The notes: a model not told the origin generated them from the sequence alone. A stretch of 64,000 nucleotides of DNA from Squalus acanthias (GCA_030390025.1 CM059432.1:106208001-106272000); one strand, 5' to 3'. Shown: positions 49,128 through 62,014, counted from the stretch's first letter. Numbers and translations: made by a program.

Positions 49128-52100
49128 CATAAGAACATAAGAAATAGGAGCAGGAAAAGGCCACTTGGCCCCTCGAGCCTGCTCCGCCATTCAATAAGAT
49201 CATGGCTGATCTAGGGCTCAAAGCCACTTCCCAGCCCGCTCCCCATAACCCTTCACTCCCTCATCTTGCAAAAATGTGTCTATCTCCACTTTAAATGTAT
49301 TTATGACCCAGCTCCACAGCTCTCTGGGGCAGAGAATTCCACAAATTTACAACCCTCTGAGAGAAGAAGTTCCTCCTCATCTCAGTTCTAAAAGGGCGAC
49401 CCTTTATTCTGAGACTATGCCCCCGAGTTCTAGATTTCCCCATGAGGGGAAACATCCCCTCATGCAGGGCATTCTGAAGGGGGAGGACGAACAGTCAGAG
49501 GTCGTGGTTCACATTGGTACCAACGACATAGGTAGAAAGAGGGATGAGGTCCTGCAACAAGAATTTAGGGAGCTAGGTAGCAGATTAAAAAGGTTGCAAT
49601 CGCTGGATTACTCCTGGTGCCACGGGCCAGTGAGTATAGGAATAGGAGGATAGAGCAGATGAATGCGTGGCTAAAGAGTTGGTGCAGGAGGGAGGGCTTT
49701 AGTTTCCTGGATCACTGGGTCTGCTTCTGGGGAAGGTGGGACCTGTACAAGTCGGACGGGTTGCACCTGAACCGGAACGGGACCAACATCCTTGTGGGGA
49801 GGATTGCTAGTACTGATGAGGCCATATGGGTAGAACTTAAAAACAAAAAGGGGGCAAGCATTTTGCTGGGAGTGTACTATAGGCCCCCAAACAGTCAGGG
49901 GGAGATAGAGGAACAGATATGTAGGCAAATCTCAGAAGTGTAGAAATAATAAGGTAATAATAGTAGGGGATTTCAACTTCCCCAATATTAACTGGGATAG
50001 TCAGAGTGTGAAAGGCTTAGAGGGTGCGGAATTCTTGAAGTGCATCCGGGAGAGCTTTTTGAGCCAGCATGTAGAAAGTCCTACAAGAGAGGGGGCGGTA
50101 CTGGACCTAATTCCAGGGAATGTAGCCGGGCAAGTGGTAGAAGTGTCAGTAGGAGAGCATTTTGGTGACAGTGACCATAATTCGGTAAGATTTAAGGTAG
50201 TCATGGAAAAGGACAAAAGATGGACCAGAAATAAAGGTTCTAAATTGGGGGAAGTCCGATTTTAATATGATAAGGCAGGATCTGGCCAAAGTGGACTGGG
50301 ATCAGCTACTTGTAGGAAAATCCACATCAGAGCAGTGGGAGTCTTTCAGAAAGGAAATAGAGAGAGTACAACGCCAACATGTTCCCATAAAGGTCAAGGG
50401 TGGGACCAACAAGCCCAGGGAACCCTGGATGTCGAGGGATATACAAGAATGGATTAGGAAGAAAAGGGAGGCTTTTGGCAGATACAAAGGACTAAAAACA
50501 GTGGAAGCCCTAGAGGAGTATAGAAAGTGCAGGGGGGTACTTAAAAAAGAAATTAGGAGAACGAAGAGGGGGCATGAAAAAGCACTGGTGGGCAAAATAA
50601 AGGAAAATCCCAAGGTGTTTTATAAGTATATTAAGGGCAAGAGGATAACCAGGGAAAGAGTAGGGACCAAAGTGGCAATCTGAGTGTAGAGCTGGAAGAT
50701 GTAGGTGAGGTTTTAAAATCAGTATTTTGTATCTGTGTTCACTATGGAGAAGGACAATGTAGGCATAGAAATCAGGCAGGGGGATTGTGATATACTTGAA
50801 CAAATTAGTATTGAGAGGGAGGAGGTACTAGCGGTTTTAGTGGGCTTAAAAGTGGATAAATCCCCAGGCCCAGACGAGATGTATCCCAGGCTGCTGTGTG
50901 AGGCAAGGGATGAGATTGCAGGGGCTCTGACACAAATTTTCAGAACCTCTCTGACCACAGGGGAGGTGCCAGAGGACTGGAGAACAGCTAATGTGGTACC
51001 ATTATTCAAGAAGGGTATATGGGATACTTGCCTTCATTAGCCGAGGCATAGAATATAAGAGCAGGGAGGTTATGATGGAGCTGTACAAAACGCTAGTTAG
51101 GCCACAGCTGGAATACTGTGTGCAATACTGGTCGCCACACTATAGGAAGGATGTGTGATTGCATTGGAGAGGGTGCAGAGGAGATTTAGCAGGATGTTAC
51201 CTGGGCTGGAGCGCTTCAGCTATGAAGAGAAGACTGGACAGGCTGGGGTTGTCTTCCTTAGAGCAGAGAAGGCTGAGGGGGGACCTGATTGAGGTGCTAA
51301 CGTAGTACCATTATTCAAGAAGGGTAGTAGGGATAAACCAGGGAATTACAGGCCAGTGAGCCTAACATCAGTGGCAGGGAAATTATTGGAAAAAATTCTG
51401 AGGTACAGAATTAGTCTCCACTTGGAGAGGCAAGGATTAATCAAGGATAGTCAGCATGGCTTTGTCAGGGGGAGATCATGTCTAACCAATTTGATTGAAT
51501 TTTTCGAGGGGGTAACTAGGTGTGTGGATGAGGGTAGTGCAGTTGATGTCGTCTACATGGACTTCAGTAAGGCTTTTGACAAAGCCCCACATGGAAGACT
51601 GGTCAAGAAGGTAAGAGCCCATGGGATCCAGGGCAATTTGGCACATTGGATCCAAAATTGGCTTAGTGGCAGGAGGCAGAGGGTGATGGTCGAAGGTTGT
51701 TTTTGTGACTGGAAGCCTGTGTCCAGTGGTGTACCGCAGGGATTGGTGCTGGGTCCTTTGCTGTTTGTAGTGTACATTAATTATTTAGATATGAATGTAG
51801 GAGGTATGATCAGTAAGTTCGCAGATGACACAAAAATTGGTGGAGTGGTAAATAGCGAGGAGGGAAGCTACAGGACGATATAGACGAGTTGGTCAGTTGG
51901 TCAGAACAGTGGCAAATGGAATTTAACTCTGAAAAGTGTGAGGTGATGCATTTTGGGAGGACTAACAAGGCAAGGGAATACACAATGAATGGTAGGACCT
52001 TAGGAAGGCCAGAGGATCAGAGGGACCTTGGTGTGCATGTGCATAGATCCCTGAAGGCAGCAGGACAGGTAGATAAGGTGGTTAAAAAGGCATATGGGAT

Positions 52101-55100
52101 ACTTATATTCTATGCCTCAGCTAATGAAGGCAAGAGCAGGGAGGTTATGATGGAGCTGTACAAAACGCGAGTTAGGCCACAACTGGAATACTGTGTGCAG
52201 TTCTGGTCGCCACACTATAGGAAGGATGTGATTGCATTGGAGAGGGTGCAGAGGAGATTCACCAGGATGTTACCTGGGCTGCAGCGCTTCAGCTATGAAG
52301 AGAGACTGGACAGGCTGGGGTTGTTTTCCTTAGAGCTGAGAAGACTGAGGGGGGACCTGATTGAGGTGTACAAAATTATGAGGGGCATAGAAGGGTCGAT
52401 AGAAAGGAACTTTTCCCCTTAGTAGAGGGCATAGTTTCAAGGTAAGGGACAGGAGGTTTAGAGGGGATTTGAGGAAAAACTTTTTCACCCAGAGGGTGGT
52501 TGGAATCTGGAACTCACTGCCCGAAAAGGTGGTAGAGGCAGGAACCCTCACAACATTCAAGAAGCATTTAGATGAGCACTTGAAACGCCATAGCATACAA
52601 GGCTACGGACCAAGTGCTGGAAAATGGGATTAGAATAGACAGGGCTTGATGGCCGGCGCAGACACGATGGGCCTCTTTCTGCGCTGTATAACTCTATGAC
52701 TCTATCCTCTCTGCATCTACCCTGTCGTGCCCCCTCAGTATCTCATGTTTCGATAAGATCACCTCTCATTCTTCTAAATTCCAATTAGTATAGGCTCAGC
52801 CTGCTCAACCTTTCCTCATAAGTCAACCCCCTCCATCTCTGGAATTAACCTAGTGAATCGTCTCTGAACTGCCTCCAATGCAAGTATATCCTTCCTTAAA
52901 TGAGACCAAAACTGTACGCAGTACTCAAGGTGTGGTCTCACTAATACCTTGTACAGTTGTCGCAGGACTTCCCTGCTTTTATACTCCAACCCCCTTGAAA
53001 TAATGGACAACATTCCATTTGCCTTTTTGATTACTTGCTGTACCTGCACGCTAACTTTTTGTGTTTCATGCACAAGGACCCCCAGGTCCCTCTGAACTGT
53101 AGCATTTTGTAATCTCTCTCCATTTAAGTAATAGTTTGCTTTTTTATTTTTCCTGCCAAAGTGGATAACCTCGCACTTTCCCACATTATACTCCATCTGC
53201 CAAATGTTTGCCCACTCACTTAGCCTGTCTATATCCCTTTGCAGATTGAGTCCTCTGCACAACTTGCTTTCCCACCCATTTTGTATCATCTGCAAACTTG
53301 GCTACATTACACTCGATCCCTTCATCCAAGTCATTAAGGTAGATTGTAAATAGTTGGGGCCCCAGCACCGATCCTTATGGCACCCCACTAGTTACCGTTT
53401 GCCAACCAGAAAATGACCCATTTATCCCGACTCTCTGCTTTCTGTTGGTTAGCCAATTCTCTATCCATGCTAATATATTACCCCCAACTCTGTGAGCTCT
53501 TATCTTATGCAGTAACCTTTTATGTGGCACCTTTTCGAATGCCTTCTGGAAATCCAAATGCACCACATCCTCTGGCTCACCCTTATCCACCCTGCTTGTT
53601 ACATCCTCAAAGAACTCCAGCAAATTTGTTAAACATGATTTCCCTTTCCTAAAACCATGCTGACTCTGTTTGACTGCAGTATGTTTTTCTAAATGCCCTG
53701 CTACTGCTTCCTTAATGAAGGACTCCAGCATTTTCCCAACGACAGATGTTAGGCTAACTGGTCTATAGTTTCCTGCTTTCTGTCTCCCTCCATTCTTAAA
53801 TAGGGGTGTTACATTAGCGGTTTTCCAATCCGCTGGGACCTCACCAGAGTCCAGGGAATTTTGGTATATTGCAACCAATGCATCCACTATCTCTGCAGCC
53901 ACTTCTTTTAAGACCCTGGGATGCAGGCCATCTGGTCCAGGGGACTTGTCGTCTTTTAGTCCCATTATTTTACCGAGTACTATTTCCTTAGTGATAGTGA
54001 TTGTCTTTAGTTCCCCACTCCCTGTGGCCCCTTAATTATCCATTATTGGGATGTTGTTAGTGTCTTCTACAGTGAAGACAGATGCAAAATATTTGTTCAG
54101 AGTCTCTGCCATTTCCCCGTTCCCCATTATTAATTCCCCAGTCTCATCCTCTAAAGGACCAACGTTTACTTTAGCTACCCTCTTCCTTTTTATATACCTG
54201 TAGAAGCTCTTACTATCTGTTTTAATGTTTCTTGCCAGCTTACTCTCATAATTTATTTTCTCTCTCTATTATTTTTTTAGTCATCCTTTGCTGGTTTTTA
54301 AAAATTTCCCAATCCTCTGGCCTCCCACCAATCTTGGCAACATTGTATGCCTTCGTTTTCAATTTGATACCATCCTTTACTTCCTTAGTTAGCCACGGAT
54401 GGTGCTCCCTTCTCTTAAAATCTTTCTTTCTCACTGGAATATATTTTTGTTGAGAGTTATGAAATATCTCCTGAAATGTCCGCCACTGCATTTCAACTTT
54501 CTTACCCTTTAATTTGTTTTTCCAGTCCACTTTAGCCAGTTCTGCCCTCATGCCATTATAATTGCCTTTGTTTAAGATCAGGACACTGGTTTGGGATACA
54601 AATTTCTCACCCTCCAACTGAATTTGAAATTCAACCATGCTATGATCACTCTTTCCTGGAGGATCCTTTACTATGAGATAATTTATTAATTCTGTCTCAT
54701 TACATAGTACCAGATCCAAGATAGCCTGCTCCCTGGTTGGTTCCATTACATACTGTTCTAGGAAAACATCCCGGATGCACTCTATGAACTCCTCCTCCAG
54801 GCTACCATGGCCAATTTGATTTGTCCAATCAATATGGAGATTAAAATCACCCATGATTATTACCGTACCTTTTTTTACAGGCCTCCATTATTTGTTGATT
54901 TATACCCTGTCCAACAGCATTGCTACTATTCGGGGGCCTGTAGACTACACCCACCAGAGACTTTTACCCCTTATTTTTTTATCTCCACCCAAACCGATTC
55001 TGCATCTTGATCTTCTGAGCCAATATCACTTCTCACCACTGCACTGATCCCATCTTTTACCAACAAAGCCACCCCACCTCCCTTTCCTTTCTTTCTATCC

Positions 55101-56590
55101 TTCCGAATGATCATATACCCTGGAATATTCAGTTCCCAGCCCTGGTCGCCTTGCAACCACGTCTCTGTAATGGCAATCAGATCATACCCATTTGTATCTA
55201 TTTGTGCCGTCAACTCATTTATCTTTTTACGAATGCAGCGTGCATTCAGATAAAGAGCTTTTAACTTTGTCTTTTTACCATTTTCCTTGTTTTGGCCTTT
55301 TTTTCTGTTACACTCTTATTTTTAAACATTCTGCCCCTTCCGGTCACACTCTGGTTATTATTTCCCCCATCTCTAGCCTGCTCTATTGCTTTCTCATTGA
55401 CTTTTTATTTTCCCGCTCACCTGGATCCTCCCCCCCACTATTTAGTTTAAAGCCCTCTCTACAGCCCTAGTTATTCGATTTGCCAGGACTCTAGCCCCAG
55501 CATGGTTCAAGTGAAGCCAGTCCAAACGGAACAGCTCCCTCTTATCCCAGTACTGGTGCCAGTGCCCCACAAATCAAAACCCATTTCTCCCACACCAGTC
55601 TTTGAGCCACTCGTTCATTTCTCTGATCTTATTTACCCTATGCAAATTCGCTCGTGGCTCAGGTAGTAATTTTTAATTTAGCCCCTAGCTGCTCATACTC
55701 TCTCAGCAGAACCTCTTTCTTTGTCCTACCTATGTCATTGGTACCTACATGGACCATGACAACTGGATCTTCCCCCTCCCACTCCAAGTTTCTCTCCAGC
55801 CCAGAGGAGATGTCCTTAACCCTGGCATCGGGCACGCAACACAGCCTTTGGGACTCACGCTCTCGGCTGCAGAGAACAGTATCTATCCCCCTCACTATAC
55901 TGTCCCCATTCACAACAACATTTCTTTTTGCTCCCCCCACTTGAATGGCTCCCTGTACCACGGTACTGTGGTCAGTTTGCTCAGCCTCCCTGCAGTCCCT
56001 GGCCTTGTCCACACAGGGAGCAAGAATCTCGTTTAAGGCCAAGGGCTGAGGCTCCTCCACCACTACCTCCTGGATCCCAATACCTGCCTCGCTTGTAGTC
56101 ACACCCTCCTGTCCCTGACCATGGGCCAAATTGGAAGTAATTATTCTAGTGGGTGTGACTGCCTCCTGGAACATAGTGTGCAGGTAACACTCCCCCTCCC
56201 TAATGTGCCGCAGTGTCTGAAGCTCGGACTCCAGCTCATCAACTCTGAGCCGAAGTTCCTCGAGCAACCAACATTTGCTGCAGATGTGGTCGCCCTAGAC
56301 CTCAATGGTGTCCACGAGCTCCTACATGCAACAACACATTGCCTGGTCTCCCATCTCAATTAATTAATTAGTTTTAAAATTTGGAACACTTATATCTTTT
56401 AATCTACACCAAGGCACTTAAATTTAGACGCTCAAGTTTGGGAAAAAAAGCGAGAAAGAGAGAAATACTCACCAACCAATCACTTACCTGCTTTCTGGTG
56501 AAGTCATACTTCGATTACTTTTAACTTTTTAAAAAAAATTTTTAAAGTTTTTTCATCTTTATTTCAGGTTTGCCTTTTCCCCATGTGAGA
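49128..56590 (-). mobile_element. CR1 LINE, near full length (family B, sense to TAF2), split by a nested CR1 at 49463-52705
   Basis: ORF1 from the ATG near 56354 (coiled coil, GDSIVRG, HVGTND). ORF2 APE and RT ORFs at 54971.., 54246.., 53375.. and 52816... The 3' end resumes at 49462 and ends in the ttcttatgttcttatg tail. Confidence 0.93.
49463..52705 (+). mobile_element. Chimeric CR1 (family A) nested in the family B element
   Basis: Host sequence ggggaaacatcc.ct|ctgcatctaccctg is split around it. It carries two deletions, a re-entry into the RT region at 51297, and tail ctctatgactctat. Confidence 0.93.
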
Positions 56591-56870
56591 GCCCCAATCT
56601 TTGTTTTGCTCTCTCTAACATTTTTAAGAAGTTAGAATTTTAAGAGCTTACCCACTTCCTCGTACGCTGTCTGAGAATTGTGCATTTTGATTGGCTGCTT
56701 AGACAGCTTGTTGACGTCACAGCAGCTCGCACAAGGGGAACCCCACTAAACTCCGTTGATTTGAATTGAAGGTCGGAAAATTCGAACTTCTCGACAGAGA
56801 TCGCGAGATCTTTGTGCGAAACTTACTTTGGGGCCAGCGGCAACGCACAAATTCCAGGCCAATTGCTAGC

Positions 56871-57320
56871 GTCAGCTGTGGCTCAGTGGGTAGCACACTC
56901 ACCTGAGTCAGAAGGTTGTGGGTTCAAGTCCCACTCCAGGGACTTGAGCACATAAATCTAGGCTGACTCTCCAGTGCAGTGCTGAGGGAGTGCTGCACTG
57001 TCGGAGGTGCCGTCTTCCGGATGAGATGTAAAACCGAGGCCCTGTCTGCTCTCTCAGGTGGACGTAAAAGATCCCATGGCACTATTTCGAAGAGGAGCAG
57101 GGGAGTTATCCCCGGTGTCCTGGCCAATATTTATCCCTCAACCAACATAACAAAAACAGATTAGCTGGTCATTATCACATTGCTGTTTGTAGGACCTTGC
57201 TGTGCGCAAATTGGCTGCCGCGTTTCCTACATTACACAGTGACTACACTTGGCTGTAAAGCGCTTTGAGACGTCCGGTGGTCGTGAAAGACGCTATATAA
57301 ATGCAAGTCTTTCTTTCTTT
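56871..57320 (+). mobile_element. DeuSINE (SacSINE1-like), full length, CpG-rich (young)
   Basis: gtggctcagtggg and ggttcaagtcc boxes; Deu core ggtgccgtcttccggatgag...aaaagatcccatggcactatttcgaag; tail gctatataaatgcaagtctttctttcttt. Confidence 0.93.
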
Positions 57321-57820
57321 CGATGCCCCATTGGAGTAAATTTTGACGTATCTATGACTTGATGGCTGACAGCCAGTCAGACAACACAGAGGTGATCGTG
57401 GCATTGATGGAAGTGGTAGAGAGCTACGGATGGGTGTCATCAGCACATGTATGGAACCTGACTGAGGAGAAGTACATAGATAAGGGAAAAGAGGGCCGAA
57501 AATAGATTCTTGAGGAACTCTGGAGGTGACTGTGCAACTATAAGGAGAAGCCACTGCTGGAGATGCACTGGCTGCATTCAGACAGGCCAGAGTGAAACCA
57601 TAGTGTCTAAGAGCTGGACGATGGGGAGAGGCGCTGGCAGAGAAACGAGTGGTTGCAGAGGTCAAGGAGCACAGGAAGGGATAACTGATCATGGGCACAG
57701 TCACAGAAGATGGAACTCTTGACTTTGGTCAGAATAGTCTGGATGCTGTGAGCAACACAGAAGCTGGACTGAAGGGATTCGAACAGGGAATTTTGGAAGA
57801 GGAGGGCACAAAACTTGTGC
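57321..57820 (-). mobile_element. Old L2 LINE, upstream part
   Basis: VTSRVPQESIFGPLF and HSIQTILTKV...LLDL remnants on the minus strand. Confidence 0.75.
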
Positions 57821-58029
57821 ACTCACATTACGGAGCCTTGTCCACCGGGAAAGCACGTCAGGTAAACGTGCTCACATAGCCCACAATATTATCTTCATTA
57901 AATTTGGATAGAAAATTACTGGTTGTGAGCGCGAACTCTCAATGTATACTTCTGGTGGGTGAAGTTCAATACTGGGAATGCACAATTGGAAAATTTACCC
58001 TCTACTGGTGTCCATAATATGGAGTAAAT

Positions 58030-59770
58030 TAGTGAACATTTAGAAAGATATGAGCTAATCAGGGACATGAGCATGAATCTGTATGGAGCAAGTTCAACTT
58101 AACTAATTTAGTTGAATTTTATTGAGGATAACTGTGTATAGATAAAGAGATATTGGCCCAAAATTTGCGGTTGGAGGCTTCCCGTGGGCGGATGCCTTCG
58201 ACCTGTAAAAAAATCTACGAATTTAGTTGGTGGTCCGGGAGGTACAGAGACTTGCACTCCTGGGCCTCTCTGGGTACGCGCAGGCAGAGGCCTACGTATT
58301 CCAGGAGCTCATGTGGTTCGCAAGCAGCCCATGGATCACGTGGGCCGGCCCAACCAATAAAAGAAGAGAATTCCCATTCATACTTACGGGGATTCCGTAC
58401 GTATGGAACTCCCATAAGTATGAATGGGGATCACTTAAAAAATTACACCAAACACATGAAATAAATAAAAATAATTACATATTTAAAATTAATTAAAATG
58501 GCATTTAATTAAATATTTTAAACAAAAATTTAATTTTTTGAAAATAGTATTTATATGTTTTAACAGGGCTAAAAATAAACTTACCTTATTGGACAGGGTT
58601 TTTAATGTATAAATGAGTGATAAAATTTTAATTTTCTATTTTTAAAAAACTCTTATGCTGGTAAAAGCAGGCCATACGCCTGCTTTTACCAGGCGTAAGA
58701 ATTTCACGGGCATTCAGCAGGCAGAAGTTGGGCAAATCGCACAATTCTCCACCCGCGGAGGCCCTTTTCCCAGGGATGCGGATGATCTATCAAGAAGATT
58801 CTTGACAGATCGCAAGTTCCTGGTTTTCTTGCCTGCACTTCGCATGCCTAAACCCGGAACTTGCGCGGCCCCTATGGGTGCGTACACGCCTCGTACGTAC
58901 CCGTAGGGGTCACAAAATACAGCACATTTTTAGATGGCATGGATAAGATGCTACAAGAGACATGGTATTAAAGGAAAGAAGCTGCATGAAGAGAGATGGC
59001 TAGGACACAGAAAACAGAAAGTAGGGGTAAATAATGATTCTTTAAGAGTGGTGTGCCCCATTGATTTGTGCTGAGACTTCTTTCGTTTTCCATTTGTATA
59101 CATGATTTTGGCATATACACAAAATGAATGATATTTAAGTTTGTCAAGGATACCAAATTAAAGGGCATGGTAAAGTAAGGAAATTGTAAGAGTACAGATA
59201 GCTTCGCTGAGTGAGCAGATAGGTGGCAGATGCAGTTCAATGCAGACAAATGTGAAGTAGTACACTTTGCAAAGAATAAAAAGGAGGAATACCCTAAATA
59301 GTAATTTTCTTAACAGAGTGGAGGAAGAGAGATTAGTAGGGACAACACATAGATCTTCAAAAGGTCTGAGTGCAGATAGAAAAGGCCATAAAGGTAAATC
59401 TCATTTTGGGTTTTATACCATAGAGGCAATGAATACACAATGTTTTGAGAGGGTCAATAGTGAGATATTCTTTCCATTAATTGGCAAATTGTTAACAAAG
59501 AGGCATAAACTCAAGATCACTGGGGGAATGGAGGGCAAAGTCAGAAAAAAATATTTCAGTGGGTTATTAAAACATTGAATCCTTCACCACGAGCAGCTAT
59601 TGGGGAAAATATACAATTTAAAAGAGGAGGTAAGTATTTGAAAAGGAATAGAGATGGAAAAAAGACAGCGAAATGGGATGACAGGAGATAGCTCTAGTTG
59701 AACAGCTATTACCTGCATAGGTGTGATGGGCTGAGTGGCTTCCCTCTCTGCTGTAAATTCTAAATTCTAT
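58030..59770 (+). mobile_element. Old CR1 fragment split by MITE M copy 3
   Basis: LTNLVEF remnant before 58155. After 58925: SGVP, KFVKDTK, WQMQFNADKCEV and a CR1-like 3' end. Confidence 0.7.
58155..58925 (-). mobile_element. MITE family M, copy 3 (inverted)
   Basis: Reverse complement is colinear with 11377-12067 (e.g. ctacgggt..gtac, tgtcaagaa, gcctggtaaaagcaggc). Flanked by att...att. Confidence 0.82.
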
Positions 59771-60127
59771 TAATACTGCCATGTATCAGGAACATGGAAC
59801 TAGACAGTATATTTAGACTGACAACTGCTGTTGAAATAAATTACAAAACTAAACCAAGTCAAATGAAGGGTATACTAACCACACATCTCATCACTCGATG
59901 GAAATGTGCCATAGAGTGGTAAAACATATGCTTAGTACCCCTGATCCACAATCTTACTTGTGTGTAAATGTCAAGCAGAGGACAGAGAGGGGTTGAGCAG
60001 AGGCAAAGCAGTATCATGGGGAAAATGGTTGAGTAAAGCATTGGTAATGACCTGGAAAGGAGTCTTCCCCTGCCTTTTTGATCATAGCTGGTCTGTAACT
60101 CACGGATAAAAATAGAGGTTGTTTGTT

Positions 60128-60392
60128 CATAGAATCAGAAAGTTACAGCACGGAAGGAGGCCATTTCGGCCCATCATGTCCGCGCCGGCCAACAAAGAGC
60201 TATCCAGCCTAATCCCACTTCCCAGCTCTTGGTCCGTAGCCCTGCAGGTTAGAGCATCCCAAATGCACATCCAAGTACTTTATAAATGTGGTTAGGGTTC
60301 TCGCCTCTACCACCCTTTCAGGCAGTGAGTTTCAGACCCCCCACAACCCTCTGGGTGAAGAAATTTTCCCTCAAATCCCCTCTAAACCTTCT
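60128..60392 (-). mobile_element. CR1 LINE 3' fragment
   Basis: Similar to 30731-30990. Confidence 0.88.
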
Positions 60393-60789
60393 CACAGAAC
60401 AAAACAGAAAAGAAACACATAGGAGCTATTTCAATGCTGTAATCTAATCTTGGGGTTTAGATGAGTGTTCTAAATTGCTGGAGCTGCACTCTTGTTTTTT
60501 TAAAGTCAAATAATCAAATACTGCCCTGTAATTATTTCCAGGTACCCATTATTCTTTATTTAACTGAATTTGACATTTTTTAGATATATGCTAGAGGACA
60601 AAATAATTTTGTAAAATAAGGTGATCTGAAGTACTGTTGCCATAATACTTGGTGTGCATAGCCTTTAAGGATTCTTCAGAGAATCCCATCATGTAGGGAT
60701 AAAAAGCAGAAAATAGTCAGACTGTCTGGTGTATCCAAAAGCTTTTGTTTAAATAAGAGAAGAATGGATATAAAGCATAGGTTTATTTG

Positions 60790-61407
60790 CTCTCGAGGCA
60801 GTACAAAGAAGGTTCACTCGGTTAATCCCCGGGATGAGGGGGTGGACATACGAGGAGAGGTTGAGTCGATTGGGACTCTACTCATTGGAGTTCAGAAGAA
60901 TGAGAGGCGATCTTATTGAAACATATAAGATTGTGAAGGGGCTTGATCGGGTGGATGCGGTAAGGATGTTCCCAAGGATGGGTGAAACTAGAACTAGGGG
61001 ACATAATCTTAGAATAAGGGGCTGCTCTTTCAAAACTGAGATGAGGAGAAACTTCTTCACTCAGAGGGTAGTAGGTCTGTGGAATTTGCTGCCCCAGGAA
61101 GCTGTGGAAGCTACATCATTAAATAAATTTAAAACAGAAATAGAGAGTTTCCTAGAAGTAAAGGGAATTAGGGGTTACGGGGAGCGGGCAGGAAATTGGA
61201 CATGAGGCTGAGTTCGGATCGGTCGAGGCCCTGTGGGTGGCATAGCGGGCCCAGGGGCTGAGTGGCCGGGTCCTGCTCCTACTTCTTGTGTTCTTTAGAT
61301 TTGAGGTGAGGATCAGATCAGCCATGATCTTATTGAATGGCGGAGCAGGCTCGAAGGGCCGATTGGCCTACTCCTGCTCCTATTTCTTATGTTCTTATGT
61401 TCTTATA
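60790..61407 (+). mobile_element. CR1 LINE 3' fragment with a doubled 3' UTR terminus
   Basis: ORF 60834..61205 ([27 protein letters not shown]...) and a (ttcttatg)n tail. Confidence 0.92.
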
Positions 61408-61521
61408 GCTAGAATTTTCACGAAGTCACTACTGCTGAATGAACCTTAACGTTCAGGAACAAGACTCCCACACAATTGACATGCTGTCAATTTGGATTTG
61501 TAAATATTCATCAATTAGTAC

Positions 61522-61715
61522 CTGACAGTTATTGTATTTCTGTAACTTGGAAGCAGCTTCTCCATATTTAGAAATCTGGTGATCTCCTCCAGAATTAGTC
61601 GAATGTCAGGGTTGAGGTTATCCAACGTTCGAACCTCATTATTGATGCTAATTGCAGGTGTCACTGAGTTTGCAAGTGCATCTATAAGTTCAGCACGATA
61701 GTAATTGTCTGAAAA
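61522..61715 (-). CDS. TAF2: TAF2 coding exon B (194 nt, phase 0-2): FSDNYYRAELIDALANSVTPAISINNEVRTLDNLNPDIRLILEEITRFLNMEKLLPSYRNTITVS
   Basis: Translated by hand (not in ORF track). Acceptor tttag|TTT, donor TCAG|gtacta. Continues the frame from exon A. Confidence 0.96.
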
Positions 61716-62014
61716 CTAAAAGGGAAAATATTATTTTTTAAAGCAATGATTAAAATAAACCAGGTTCAAAGAGACAGAGTACCACAATCAAAGGACTTTG
61801 TTTTTTGTTCAGGATCCAGGTGGTTTTTAAATTGAACACATCTGGATTTCAAAAAATGCTTGGCGGATATTTAAGTTTTTCTCAACTTTTACCTAAAATA
61901 TATTTCTCAAACACAATTGGTAGTACAACTGAGATTTAAGATTTTTTTTTAAAGTCATAATCTTAGAATCCTAAAACTCAAAGATTTAAAAAGAAAGCTC
62001 TGGTGATGCATTAC

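Larger units (their letters stand above)
48736..56860. mobile_element. MITE split by a CR1 insertion (arms ~48736-49127 and ~56600-56860)
   Basis: Matching TIRs ggcctggaatttg (48736) and caaattccaggcc (56848-56860). Confidence 0.7.

Noticed and set aside
56871..56945. tRNA gene
   Set aside because: The A/B boxes continue directly into the Deu core and tail; this is a SINE head. The same applies at 45621.
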